Shown piece by piece: positions 13,001-24,785 of a stretch of 64,000 nt of DNA. The notes under the pieces were generated by a model. That model had not been told where the DNA came from, searched no databases, and worked only from the letters and a program-made list of their open reading frames with translations. Each line of letters opens with the position of its first letter. Position 1 is the stretch's first letter. The stretch comes from Lama guanicoe. Lineage: Eukaryota. The stretch is from NCBI GenBank assembly GCA_013239625.1, contig MU054212.1:2170001-2234000 (forward strand), in the 5' to 3' direction. The translations under genes and the position numbers were made by a program.

Positions 13001-14459
13001 GGGGACAGTGACATCTCACTCCACATACACAGGGCTGCAACGCTGAGCTCACATTCTGACTCATACGTGCATGGGAAATATATCCGTGTTGTTGAGGTTG
13101 GGTCCTCTCATCCTCCTCCCCTCCCTCTTCCTCTCCCTCCCTACAATGCCCTGAGCTAGAGAAAAGGTGAGCTTTGACTTTGACTTTTCCTATGGCACAT
13201 TTTCTTACTCCTGTGGAGCCATGGAGTAGGCTCACCTGACATCGGGAGATAAGGGAATTTAGAAAATCTACTCTCAAGACAACATTCTCCCTTGGAAGGC
13301 GTTAGTCAGACTTGCTTTGAATTTCAAAAGCTGAATATTACCTAGATCTTTACCTACAGTAAATGTTATAATCTACCCCAGGAAAATGGTTGTCTGATTG
13401 AGGAAAATCCTGCCTTTGGAAAGGTGAAGAGTAAAGCAAGAGTATTTAAAAACCAATTAACCCTCTTACCCACGCATTGATATAGGATGACTCATAGGCC
13501 CTTCCATTAAAAATTGCACAATGTCGAGTTGGGATTTGGTGCCGGGGTGAATAGGAAAATGATCATTAGTTTCTCTTCTATTTCAGGAGGACTTTTGATG
13601 ACCTATATCTGACATTTTATATAAGTAGAAAGGTCAAGGGACATTATAGAGAAGTAAGATAGAAATACGGAAATACAAGAGGCATTTTATAATTCTACAG
13701 AGATACAAAAACTCATCATTTTTCAGCAACCAGTGTATACACGTGTACACACACAGAGGAAACATTTAAGCCTAATTATTCTCCCCATCCCTTATTTTAG
13801 GGTAAGTGCCAGCTGAGCAGGAAATTATTCTAAGGAGACAATAAGACAAACGAGAAAGAAAAGAGCTTAGATTTAGTAAGATTTTTCAGATGCCATTTTT
13901 TGAAAGCTTCTGGAACACTAACTTTCTACTTAAATTTTTTATTAATTCTTATTTAAATATTGTGTGAAAAAGTTATCATCCAAAAGTTGACATACGTATG
14001 TATAATCTTTAGATGAAAATTTTCACTGGACAGAACTTTAATCTCCCAGCAGGCAGACTTTCAGAAAGCCACTTCTGGACCAGATTTGTGCTCCTTTGGT
14101 TAAAGAATAAATTCAAACTTTGCACTCTACTTAAGCAACACTTGGTCTCCGCTGGGCTAGAAAAACTTGGAGACACTTCCTCAAACAGCTGAGAAAGCAT
14201 CATCATATTTAAGGCAAAAATTCACCTGTTAATGCTGCCCTCCAGTGAATACTGTGTGACAGCAATGTCTGTCGGTCTGCATCTGTGCACGAACACAGAG
14301 GAGCAGGAAGGGATGGTGGGAACCCCGTGATTTAGACTTACGGGTCTCTATAGAATAGGGAGGCTTTAAATGACCTAAAGGGGATTAATATCCAACAATA
14401 CTAAAATCCCTCGAATTTCCCACGTTTTAGCAAGTTCGTTAGGTCTAAGGAAGGCCCTC

Positions 14460-14600
14460 TCAGACTCAGGTGTAGACCTTCTGAAAGATGTGTGCAAGGC
14501 TGCAGATATATGTGAACAGATTTGCTTGGAGAGAGAGCGCATAGCTTCCATCAGATCCTTGAAGAAGTGTGATACTTGTTCTGAAAGAGTAAGAACACTT
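14460..14600. mobile_element. Possible short hAT-Charlie-type relic
   Basis: ggagagagagcgcatagcttccatcagatccttgaag...gagtaagaacact resembles the recalled Charlie MITE terminus (catagctttcatcagattctcaaagg...gttaagaaccactg). Confidence 0.4.
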
Positions 14601-14669
14601 CTTTAGGATAAAGATCAGGGTACATTAGAAAGGTAATGACGGTCACTGTGTCCCAGCACCCAGCAGAAC

Positions 14670-17226
14670 CAGCAGCCCCCAAGGACTGGGTGGGCGGTGC
14701 ACATCCCAGGGATCAGAGAGACTCCCCACTGAAACATAAGAGAAAACACTGACCTTCTATTTATATTTATTCTTACTGTGATAAAGAGTAAAATGGGCGT
14801 GACTGGTGTTTAATGCATGGATTTATGGCCACACCCTCTCTCAATCGATGTTAGATTATTAAGGAGTCCGGAACAAAAATGGGAATTCCGCCATGTGCAG
14901 GGGGTTCTGGCAGTGGCCCCATCATTTGTTCATTTTCTAGTTTATTGTGATGTGTAGCTTGCATGAACCATGACAAATGGATTTACAGGCTGCATTCTTT
15001 AAAGAGTGGAATTCCCCCCCTCCCCAGTTTTATGGAGAAAAAACAGACATACATCACTGTGTAAGTTTGAGGCATACACCATGATGCCTTGATTTACATA
15101 CATTGTAAACCACAATAGGTTTAGCTAAAATCCATCATCATAAATAGATTCAATAAAAAGAAAAGAAAGAAGAAAAGAAAAAAGTTTTTCTCCTTGTGAT
15201 GAAAACTCTTAGGATCTACTCTGTTAACAACTTTCTTATACAGCATACAGCAAGCAGTGTTAGCTACAGTCATCCTGTTGGATTACATCTCTAGTAGCTA
15301 CTTAACTTTGTAACTAGAAGTTTGTACCTTTTGACCACCTTTCTCTAGTTCCCCTTTCCCCCACCCTCTGCCTCCGGTAACCACAAGTCTGATCTCTTTT
15401 TCTACAAATTTTTTTTTTTGATTCTACACATAAGTGATATCACACAATATTTGTCTTTCTCTGACTTATTTCACTTAGCATAATGCCTTCAGGTCCATCT
15501 ATGTTGTCACAAGTGGTAGATCTTTCTAGGTTCTTATGGCTGAATAATATATACATATGTGTATACATATGTAAATGTCACAACTCTTTATCCACTCATC
15601 CATAAGTACACTTTGGTGTTCCTACATCTTGGCTACCGTAAATAATTCTGCCATGTATTGAGGGTGCAGGTATCCTTTTGAGTTAGTTTCTTTGTCTCCT
15701 TTGGATATATTCCCAGAAGTGGAACTGCTGGATCACACGGTAGTTTCTGTTTTTAATTTTTAAGGGTCCTCCATTGATACTGGTGTTCTAATTTACAATC
15801 CCACAAACAGTACACAAGAGTTTCCTTTTCTTCACATCCATGCCACCATTTGTAACCTGTCTTCTTGATGATGACCATTTTCATAGGTTTGGGGTGATAT
15901 CTCACTGAGGTTTTAATTTGCATTTGCCTAATGACTAGTGATGTTAAGCATCTTTTCTTGTACCTGTTGGCCCTTTTTTATATCTTCTTTGGAGAAATGT
16001 CTGTTCAGGTTCTTTGCTCATTTATTAACTGTGTTATTTGGATTTTTGCTATTGAGTTGCATGAGTTCTTTACATATTCTGGATATTAACCTCTTATCAG
16101 GTTTGCAAATACTATTTTTCCATTCTGTTAGGTTGTCTTTAAGAATAGAATTTTTATAATACTTTGTCATAACATGGGTGTGACTGTGGAAATGTTTGGT
16201 ACTACAGAGAGGGTCTCCAGTTATTTCCTGGAAATGTATCAAAAAAGTAATTGAGCTTAGTCATGAATTATACATTTTTAAGCAGAAAGATATGTCCCAA
16301 ATTTGCTAGTTCTTTTCTGTGATAAAATGTGATCAAAGTTTTTTGTTTTTCTTTTTGTTTTCTTTTTTAAATCAGCACACTTCATCTGTACCTTGCAGAT
16401 AAATGTGACTAAACAATGAGAGAGAAAATAGGTATTTTGGAATAGAAATCTCTCATATGGAAAGAACATTTTACAAAAAGGAGATTAGAAGTCTTTTCAT
16501 CATTATGAATTTTTTTTTCTGAAAATGTTATCTGTTACCTACCAAAGCATTTAAATCTAGAAACAAATCCAGAAAAAATATTACCCACTTATAAATCTTC
16601 CAAGTTTCAGTGTTTTGAACCTGTTTAGTAAAATATAATGATTTCTGATTATTTTTAAAATTAACTGACTAAAACCAGACGAGATGAACATTTACTAACT
16701 GAATTTCGACAAAAATCTTTCTGGTATACAGGGTTGCAAATTTTAATAAGTGTAGCCAGAAATTTATGTCTTTATTTGGACGGTCATATTTTAGTGAACA
16801 ATATTTTAAACTGTGATGGTCACAAAAACAAAGTCAGACCTCTAAATTAATTTTATCACTGTGTTAAAGCAAAATTAAAAAAATAATGAATCATTATAAT
16901 CACATTACTTTCCTAAAAATATTAGTTCAATATAATAATATAAAATGTTATTTATGTATAGTAATAATTTTCTGAGTGCAAAAATGTGTCCTGCATTATT
17001 AATAAAACAGATGAAAATATTTTTTGAAGTACTGTTTATTTCAATCATTTAACATTTCCGTTTTTGTGTGTGTTGTATAATGTGTATAATATTTTAGTGG
17101 TGCATGATTTAACCTATAAGTGTAGAAATATTTTATAATTGTAGAAATACTTTACACATATATTAAAGTATGCATGCTCAAATTTTTTTCCTGATGAGGA
17201 ACAATACCTAGGGTTAGGGACCGATG
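14670..17226 (+). mobile_element. Fossil hAT/Charlie DNA transposon with transposase remnants, interrupted by an L1
   Basis: Degenerate termini cagcagcccccaagg (14670) and gttagggaccgatg (17226). 16144-16179 translates NRIFIILCHNMG (compare Charlie/ZBED 'RLF..LC..MG'). 16772-16801 translates LFGRSYFSEQ, followed by a KTK-like stretch (compare the hAT dimerisation domain 'F.STYLCE..FS....KTK'). Confidence 0.75.
15013..16140 (-). mobile_element. 5'-truncated LINE-1 (laurasiatherian L1MA9-like 3'UTR plus ORF2 end) inserted into the hAT element
   Basis: ttgtgatgaaaactcttaggatctactct...; tctgacttatttcacttagcataatg; gtgatatctcact..ggttttaatttgcatt. Minus ORF 16018-16242 contains DKRLISRICKELMQLN. 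Degenerate TSD-like flanks aagagtggaatt / aagaatagaatt. Confidence 0.93.
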
Positions 17227-17234
17227 CTGTAAGT

Positions 17235-17440
17235 CATTGACATATATTTTCCTAATTAATCTTCTTAACAATTTATGAGATGCATACATTTCAATAATAA
17301 CATTTAACATTCCATTTTACAGATGAAGAAAGAGGAGAACCAGAGACCTTCAGTAGGTCGAGAGCTCATCCTTCGGCACAGAGATAGTGGACGGTTGATG
17401 GGAAATTTGTAAACTCTAGAACCTGATGTCAGAGCCTATG
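17235..17440 (-). mobile_element. MIR SINE relic
   Basis: ttaatcttcttaacaat...ccattttacagatgaagaaa...cctgatgtcagagcc (MIR core). Confidence 0.65.
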
Positions 17441-18491
17441 TTTGGTACTAGAGATATTGAACTAGAACAACCTCTTAGTAGAGGACATGTTAAGAACCCA
17501 GAAGGGCTCAAGGTTAAGTCAAGCTGTGGTTGATAATAGTTACTGGTTGATAATTAGGTCCCAAGTTTCACCTAAGGGCCCCTTTCTTTACATCTTACTC
17601 TAATTTTGCATAGTGTTCATTTCAGGCTTGGGTTAAGTGTTGAAGGGTGTTCTGATTATTTGTTTCGTTACCCTCTCCTATGGGAAAACCTATAGTCTGG
17701 AACACGAGGCACTAACCGGAGTACCACAGCTCAGCTGCTGGCAGCATTCTGTAATTGCAAGTAACGAACTTAAGAGAAAAGGGTTACTTCATTACTGTTC
17801 ATATAAACTCAAGCCCAAAACAGTGACAGCACAGTATGACACGTATAAATCTTATAGCCATCCACAGAAATGACTGGGGGGGCATGTGATTGGATCTTTG
17901 CTCTATCATAAACATTTCCACAACCTTTTATGCAGTCAATTTATGTACGACGTACAGGAACTTCTGAAACTTGGGTTACTCTGTGATAGGCAATGATGTC
18001 TACAATGGAGCCATTATTGTCCATCATGTCACCGTGTGCTCTTTAACAGGGAGATTACTGACAAGATGGAGCACAATGACAATGAGGAAAATGTTCAGAT
18101 GTTACTATCTGTCATGTCAGCTCACTGTCCACCACCTGGCAAAGGTCGGCTTGTTATAGCGTCCTCATAGGCCAGCAAGCTGAGGCCACGTAGCTCCGTG
18201 AAATAACCCCGTCATTTTTATTTTATTCTTATTTTCAAAATATACCCTATGGCTGCAAGCACTCTAATGTGTCAAGCTTCAGGCAGCGGTGAATTTCTGA
18301 GGCAGTTATAAGCCTCTGAAACAGGGTTTTACAGGGGAAAAACTGACAGACCCGTAATGATAGCTGCTGTAACAGGAGTCACTGTGACAAAAGCTGGCTT
18401 CCTAAACCACAATGTGGCCCAATTGTGTAGAGCTGCTTTAATCTCCAATAAGCCTGATGTTCATCCTGACCTAATAATTTGTGCTTTTCAG

Positions 18492-18606
18492 ATTGTTATG
18501 CACTGGCAGCTTCTAAATGGGTTCCTTCTACCTTGATGGAGGCTGTGTGATGAATTCAGATTCCTGGTTTGGGCAGTCGGGTCCCTGAGCCTGAGAGATT
18601 AAATCG
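18492..18606 (+). other. Candidate non-coding exon (115 nt)
   Basis: Branch-like ctgac/ctaat at 18466-18475, acceptor gtgcttttcag|, donor cg|gtgagt. Stops in all three frames. No transcript evidence available. Confidence 0.3.
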
Positions 18607-19339
18607 GTGAGTGTGTGGTAAGACCTGTCAGTGAAAGGGGAAAGATTCAGTGGTAGATTGTGGGTGAAAAGCGACTGCTGCACTGGCCTTACCAGTGGAG
18701 AGTCACAGTCAGCAGGCTTAAAGGCCGTCAGACTGTGGCTGAGAGGGAGGGGCGGCAGTATGTGATCAACAACCATACTGTCATAAAGCCAGGGGTTCGG
18801 GCATGGTGCCACGCCCTAAGGGAACAACAAAATTATTTCCCTTAAGGAGCCGATAGTTTAGTGAGACATAAAAATGTCAAGAAATAAATACAATTAAAAA
18901 TATTTTTTGTTTTACTCCCCATGGGGGAAAGATAGGATGGGAGTGTTAAGTACCTTGATTTTCCTGTACCACTTACCGCTGTATCACTCGCCTATTCACT
19001 CATCCACCGCCCACCCACACATCTATCTGTTCATTCGTTTGACATGTACTGAAGGTTTCATGTGTTGGGCCCTGTTTCCGTCCAGCACTCAACACATTCT
19101 TCTCCAAACCAGCATCTCTTCTCCCAGCCTTCCTACTCCTGTTCAGAGTATCAGTGTTCTTCCCTTCACGCCTTCATCCTCACCACTTCCATATGCAGCA
19201 TCTTTCTTCACCGTCCTAGTTGCTCCTACTTCCTCCTTCCCATTCCCGTAGTTCCCACCCCAGTCCAGGCTCTTGGGTGATGAGCAGAGTGCCTACTGCA
19301 TATATGTTTTCGATGTTTGACTTGGAGTTGAATCAGCTC

Positions 19340-19860
19340 GCACAATGACCATTAGTGACCTGTCTCCCTGCTTCCTGTCACTCTTCATCACATCACCCTA
19401 TTTCATTTCTCTACAACCTGCCTTTTGATGGTTTAATAATTAGTTCCACCCATTTAGGGGCCTTATTTGTCCACAGCTGACAAATGAACCTCATGCCTAG
19501 ATGGATCGTACCCTTTTTCATTCATGCTAGTAAATATTTACTGAATGAATGTTTCCTCAAAATCAGCCCAGCCTCATTTCCTCCATGAAATTTTCCATGA
19601 CCTCCCCTTCCCAGTTATGAATCGTGAATACACACTTCCCCTGTGTTCCAATAACACCTAGAACATAACTCTATCAAAACGCTTACAAAAGCACGTTTTC
19701 ATCATGATTGACTTGTCAATCTGCCACCCTTGTCCAACCCGAGGATGGGGTTGTCCTCTCCCATGTGAATTTGCATCCACATCCCTAGTGCCTCTCACAC
19801 ACTGACGTACATGTCTGTTGAGTGATTTTTTTAAAATAAGTGAGTATTTAAATAAATGGA
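19340..19860 (+). mobile_element. L2 LINE 3'-end fragments
   Basis: tagtaaatatttactgaatgaat (~19530-19550) and cctagtgcct..cacac...acatgtctgttgagtga (~19785-19825) are typical L2 3' termini. Confidence 0.55.
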
Positions 19861-20474
19861 TTACAGAAATAACCACAAGCAGCAATCATGTTCACAAACC
19901 TCAGCTACCAGGATAGTCAAAGAGTAAAAAATGTCATCACTTAATTGAGTTTTTGGATCAATTTGGCTGTTACAGCTATGACACTGAATGTAGACTTAAC
20001 ATTTTCAGTAGAAGAAATGCAGATGTTTGCATTAACATCTGTTTTGACTCTGGCCAGGAATAGGCTTGAGACCCCGAGTGTAATCAATGCTCTGAATCAC
20101 TATGTACTGATGGTCTTTCAACCAGGCTTGTATTTGAGCCTTTCTTAGACCCTCAGACTCAAGAGTTCCCTTGGGATTCAGTGGGAAAACACCTGAAGGA
20201 GGAAGGAGGGACTTGGGAGCAGCAGGTGCCCTGAGAACAGTGTAGCTGAGTAGATGTCCACAGTTTACTAGAGCTGGGGTTTCTGGCTTCTGGCTTCGGC
20301 TTGGCTCCTGGGATCGACCCTGAGTTGGACAGACCAGACTCAGTAACCAGAGGCAGGATCTTCCCAGGCAGAATCTCAAGGACCCGCATGTGACTTGCAC
20401 TTGTGTGAATGCTGCTCTTCCTTCCTTTTTTTTTTACCCTTCTCCGTCCTCCCTTCCAACCCCTTTCTTGTGAT

Positions 20475-20885
20475 CCTCCATTTGTTGAGTGTCTAATACA
20501 TTTTAGACTCAGAGCTTGGCCTTGCAGAGAAAACTGCTTGAGTATTTGCCCCCAAGAACTGTACGATCAAGTTGGAGAACTAATTAAGCACACATACAAT
20601 AATAGCTCAACGGAGTGGGAGACACGTGTCATCAGAGCAGTTCTGAAGAGGTGTAGCTCGTTCACAGAAGAAGGCATATGACGGGCATTGGGAATACAAT
20701 GAAAAGTAAGCTACGATCCTTTACCACCATATTAGTCTCCTGCCTATTGAGAAAGACTGACATATAAATGTATTATTATAAAATTAGCAGTATTAGGAAC
20801 AGTGCTCTAGAAGGTCAAATGAGTAGCATCTTACTCATCTGGGGACTCAGAGATGGCTTCCTAAAGGGATGACTCCTGAGCGACA
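20475..20885 (-). mobile_element. L2 LINE fragments
   Basis: catttgttgagtgtcta...; gggaatacaatgaaaagtaag...; ggggactcagagatggcttcct are reverse-strand L2 patterns. Confidence 0.5.
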
Positions 20886-20904
20886 CCATTTTTGGTTTAC
20901 CTGA

Positions 20905-21140
20905 GCTATCACGTAGCACTTAATATGTGCCAAATATTGTTCTAGACACTGTTCATATATCACCTCATTTAATCCTCACAACAATCCTATAAAGTCAGTA
21001 TTATTATCACTTCCATTCTATCAATAAGAAAATATACACAGAGAGGTTAAGTAACTTGTTCAAGGTTGCACAGCTTATAAGTGTTAGAGCTTGGATTCAA
21101 GCCCAGGCAGTTTGGTTCTTGAGTCTAGTAACTGTGCTAC
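20905..21140 (-). mobile_element. MIR SINE
   Basis: gcactta.tatgtgcca...tcatttaatcctcacaacaatcct...attattatc...agagaggttaagtaacttg.tcaagg.tgcacagct...ggattcaagcccagg. Confidence 0.88.
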
Positions 21141-21149
21141 GCACCTTCC

Positions 21150-21600
21150 AGCATTCAAAAATACCACAGATAAAATCTGAAGGCAAACAACAATCTGGCA
21201 AAATATTTTTATCACACAACAGTGTTAATGCTATAAAAATTTTTTTCAGATTGCTTTTAAAAAGTTAAACACTTCAATAGAAAAATGGGCAAAGAACACT
21301 AAGAGGAAATACACAAGAGATATAAATGATTACCAAATATGTGAGAATGTTTAACCTCACTAGAAAGAAACACAAAATAAAACAAAATCCCTGTATTACC
21401 CCCTAAATTGGAGAGTTTCATTTAATTATTGCTACAGCGTTTCTGAGAATAATTTGGCAATTTAAGTTAAAAGCCTTAAAGCGTTGCATATCTTTTGTTT
21501 AACAAATACACTTCCAAAAATTTATATAAAGGAAATCTTAGTTTATGTCATATAATTTCATCAATAAGGATAGTATTTATCACAGTATTATTTATAACTA
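21150..21600 (+). mobile_element. Old L1ME-type ORF2 fragment
   Basis: caatagaaaaatgggcaaagaaca...; gtttaacctcactag; ttctgagaataatttggcaat. Confidence 0.6.
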
Positions 21601-21609
21601 AGTAGTTAT

Positions 21610-23160
21610 AGAGTGAAGTGACTGGTAGCCCCCAGGAAATCTAAGAAGGCCTCTTTGAGATATAAAGTTTGATGAGCCTTGAGTGACAATAAGAAGCTGG
21701 CCGTGGGAAGATCATCAGGAGGAATCCAGGCACTGGGAATTGTTAGTCCAAATACGAGGTGGATAAAGCTGCTTGTGGTTGAAGACCAGGAAGAATGCCT
21801 GTGTGGCAGGAGCAGCAAGGGCAAGGAGGGACTAGGGTGTGAAATGAACTTACGGAGAAAGGCAAGGCTGGATCCTGCAGGACTTAGAATTGGATAATGG
21901 GTTTGGGTTTGACTCACAGCGCAACAGGAATCCACTAACAGGTCTTGAGCAGGTGACGTGTCTGTGTGATATGATCTGACTCGTGATTTTAAAAGATTAC
22001 TATTAGGAATTTGCTAGACACATGGGGGTGGGGTGCAAGGAGGGAATTCTATGAAAAGTAATAGCACATTGGAAGGCACAGCACTGAAAAATATTCTATA
22101 CGGGTGGAATAAAAGGTTCATGAAAACAAGACACTGATGAGGTTGGTACTCAGGGTCTTGCAAGGTCTTGACTAAGAATTTTGAACTTTATCAGTGGTGG
22201 GAGTGGAAGCATTTTCAGCAGAGCAATAACATGGTCAAGTACGCATTCTAGAGATTCCCCCTGCCACAGCTATGTGGACAATAGAGGCGCTGAGAGACCA
22301 GCAAGCCAGACTAGAAGTGATGGGGCCTGAGAAGGCAGGGGCGCCGAAGAGGTCCAGAGGAAGAGTATTTACAAGAGACTGAGATGGGAGGGTATTCAAG
22401 ATGTCAGCAGTGTATATAAAGAGGAATTCAGGGTGATTCCCGGTTTTATGGTATGACTACTGAGTTGATAAGAGTAACTGAGACGATATGAAGCAGATTT
22501 TCAACAAAAGATGGTGAGTCCAATTTGGACACAGTGACTAATTTATTTAGGGATCATCCAAGTGGAGATGTTCTGGAGGTAGGGTGGAAATGAGGGGCAA
22601 GAATTCAGCAGAGTTGTGGATCAGAGATGAAGATGTGGGAGTTACTGATCTAAAGGTGGTAGCCTGAGGCCATGGGTGTGGAGAAGGTCACTAAGGGTCA
22701 GTGTGAGAAGAGCAGACCCAGGTTACTGATGGGCACAAGCCTGGGGACGTACTGACATTTGGGGGTCAAACGAGATACAATAAATTGTGAAGTGGACTGA
22801 GGACTGTCAGAGAAGCAGGAGGAAAATAGAAAGAGAACAGTCAAGTAGAATAAAACAAAAACATAAATTAGCTGGAGCAATTTAGAAGTGAGCAATAAGC
22901 TTACCAGAAGAAGTTTCACTGAGTTGTAGAAAGTGTAGACAGGGGCCACAGACTGCACTTTCTAAATGCTTTACCGAGAAGAGAGTAGAAATATGGAATG
23001 GAGGCTAGAAGAAATGCGGAATCCAGGGAAGATGCTTTTCAAAGAACCAGAAGTGGTGTGATTCTGATTTTAAGTTAGAGCAAACACAGAGGAAAAGACT
23101 GAATATACGGCAGAGAGGTGACTGAAGAGTCCTCTGGAAGGAGGGTTGGTGTTCAGCCAC
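21610..23160 (-). mobile_element. L2 LINE fragments (extended)
   Basis: Purine-rich L2 hallmarks: tttgaactttat, ttttcagcagagcaataacatggtca, tgagtccaatttggacaca, catccaagtggagatgt, gaggccatgggtgtgga. Confidence 0.7.
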
Positions 23161-23489
23161 AGGCAGAGAGGCAGGGCATGGTGCTTCTCCAGTCTTCTCT
23201 CTCCCTTGAGCAATTTGTTCTATGCACTAATCTCTGGTCAGCTGGCACTAATTCTTCATGTTGATATTTTAGCTTCATTGACTAATACTGACTAACTTCA
23301 TATTTTCTCTCTTTCTCATCCCCCCCCCCCACTTCTCATTATGCAACTCCTCCCAGCTCAGTCAGCTGCAATTCACCAGAGTCACCTCAGACATGGCGCT
23401 TCTCCCTCCAATGGATGTGGGTGGGGCAGGGTCTCCAGAAGAGGCTGATTGCTGAGTTGGTTTTCATAGATGTGGCTGAGATACATATC

Positions 23490-23670
23490 TTATGTCTCAT
23501 TCTCACTTCCTATGAGGTAAGTACTCTGATCTCTACTTTTCAGAAGAGAAAACTGAGGCTCAGAAAAGCTTACTAATTTACCCAATGTCATGCAGTTGGT
23601 AGGATAGCTGAACTGGGATCAAAATTCTGGCCTGTATGACTCTGAAGCCCACTTTTCCCTTTACCAGCTT
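23490..23670 (-). mobile_element. MIR SINE
   Basis: cctatgaggtaagtact...cagaagagaaaactgaggctcagaaa...cccaatgtcatgcag...tgactctgaagccc. Confidence 0.75.
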
Positions 23671-23949
23671 GTAAAGTCATGTTCCAGTAGATTTGAGGAT
23701 TAAGAGGCTGGAGGCAAGGAGGCGTGTAGAGAGGTTTTTGCAGAAAACAGACCTATGGGGATACATAGGTAGCAGCAGAGGGACCGAAGAGATGCGGGTG
23801 GAACTGTGTGGGAAGCATGCTTTAGGGAGAAAGCACCGAACTTCGCCTTGGAGAGTTACAGGGCAAACTATTTGATGTCTGTGTCCAAAAATGGCATTAT
23901 CTATGTCCCATATCTTGATTTCTAAATAACATTCCAGCCTTGGCTGTTT

Positions 23950-24785
23950 CCAAAGCTGGGGCAGAGAAAGTACAAGGTGAATCTGGGATGTCTTATTGTG
24001 CCAGAAAGCAACTAAGTGCTCAAAGATTAATGAGAGCATGTCAAAAGGACACAGGAAGCCACAGGAACTGGCTTGAAGGGATCTTCCCTGGCTGAATTGG
24101 AGACAATTTGAGCAAGAAAGAGAATAATGAGTAAATAAAACAAAAAGAGTCCCTGAATTCATGATGATATGGGGAGAGGGGAGAGTAAAAAAGGAGACAG
24201 CTTTTCTTTTCAATAAATGTAGAGTTAGGTAGATACATACAAAAATGTACATAGAATTAGAAAATCACCATTATGCAAACCTATGCAGTAAGTGATTTTA
24301 GACAAGCATTATTAATTGATGCTAAAACCATTGGGTGGATGGTTGTTGGGGAATAGAATATTCACAGACCTAAAGTGTCGCCACATAGGACCTATTAATT
24401 ACAAAAGTGAAAATATATTTTTATAGTGAGCAGATCTTGTGGACACCAAGTATCAAATTTAGTAAAGACAAAATGGTCAGCATATGCCTTTTACATGACT
24501 TAATACAGGGAAGCAGGGAAGCATATACTATTGCTTATATAATACTCTTGCCATATGCTTAACTGAGGTGTAAACATGAGTAAATAAATTCAGGCTGTGG
24601 GTTACTCTACAATACAATTGGCGTGTGCTGTTAAAGTTTCAATGTCTTAAGGACAAAAAAAATAAAAATAAAAAAGGGAGGGTGATTATTCTAGCTCAAA
24701 GGAAACTACAGAGACAAGTGAAACTTGATTGGATCTGAGATTTCTGAAGATTATAAAAGTCATTTTGGGATAACTGGGAAATTTG
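23950..24785 (+). mobile_element. Old L1 (L1MC/L1ME-like) 3'UTR, left part; resumes at ~26326-26500
   Basis: tgatgctaaaaccattgggtg; ttattaattacaaaagtgaaaa; ctcaaaggaaactacagagac; ends cattttgggataactgggaaatttg. The continuation tgtgataatggtattg...ttaggagacagatgttgaa lies at 26346-26403. Confidence 0.75.

Noticed and set aside
23677..24252. 191-aa minus-strand ORF
   Set aside because: Spans antisense L1 3'UTR and L2-like sequence; no domain and no splice context.
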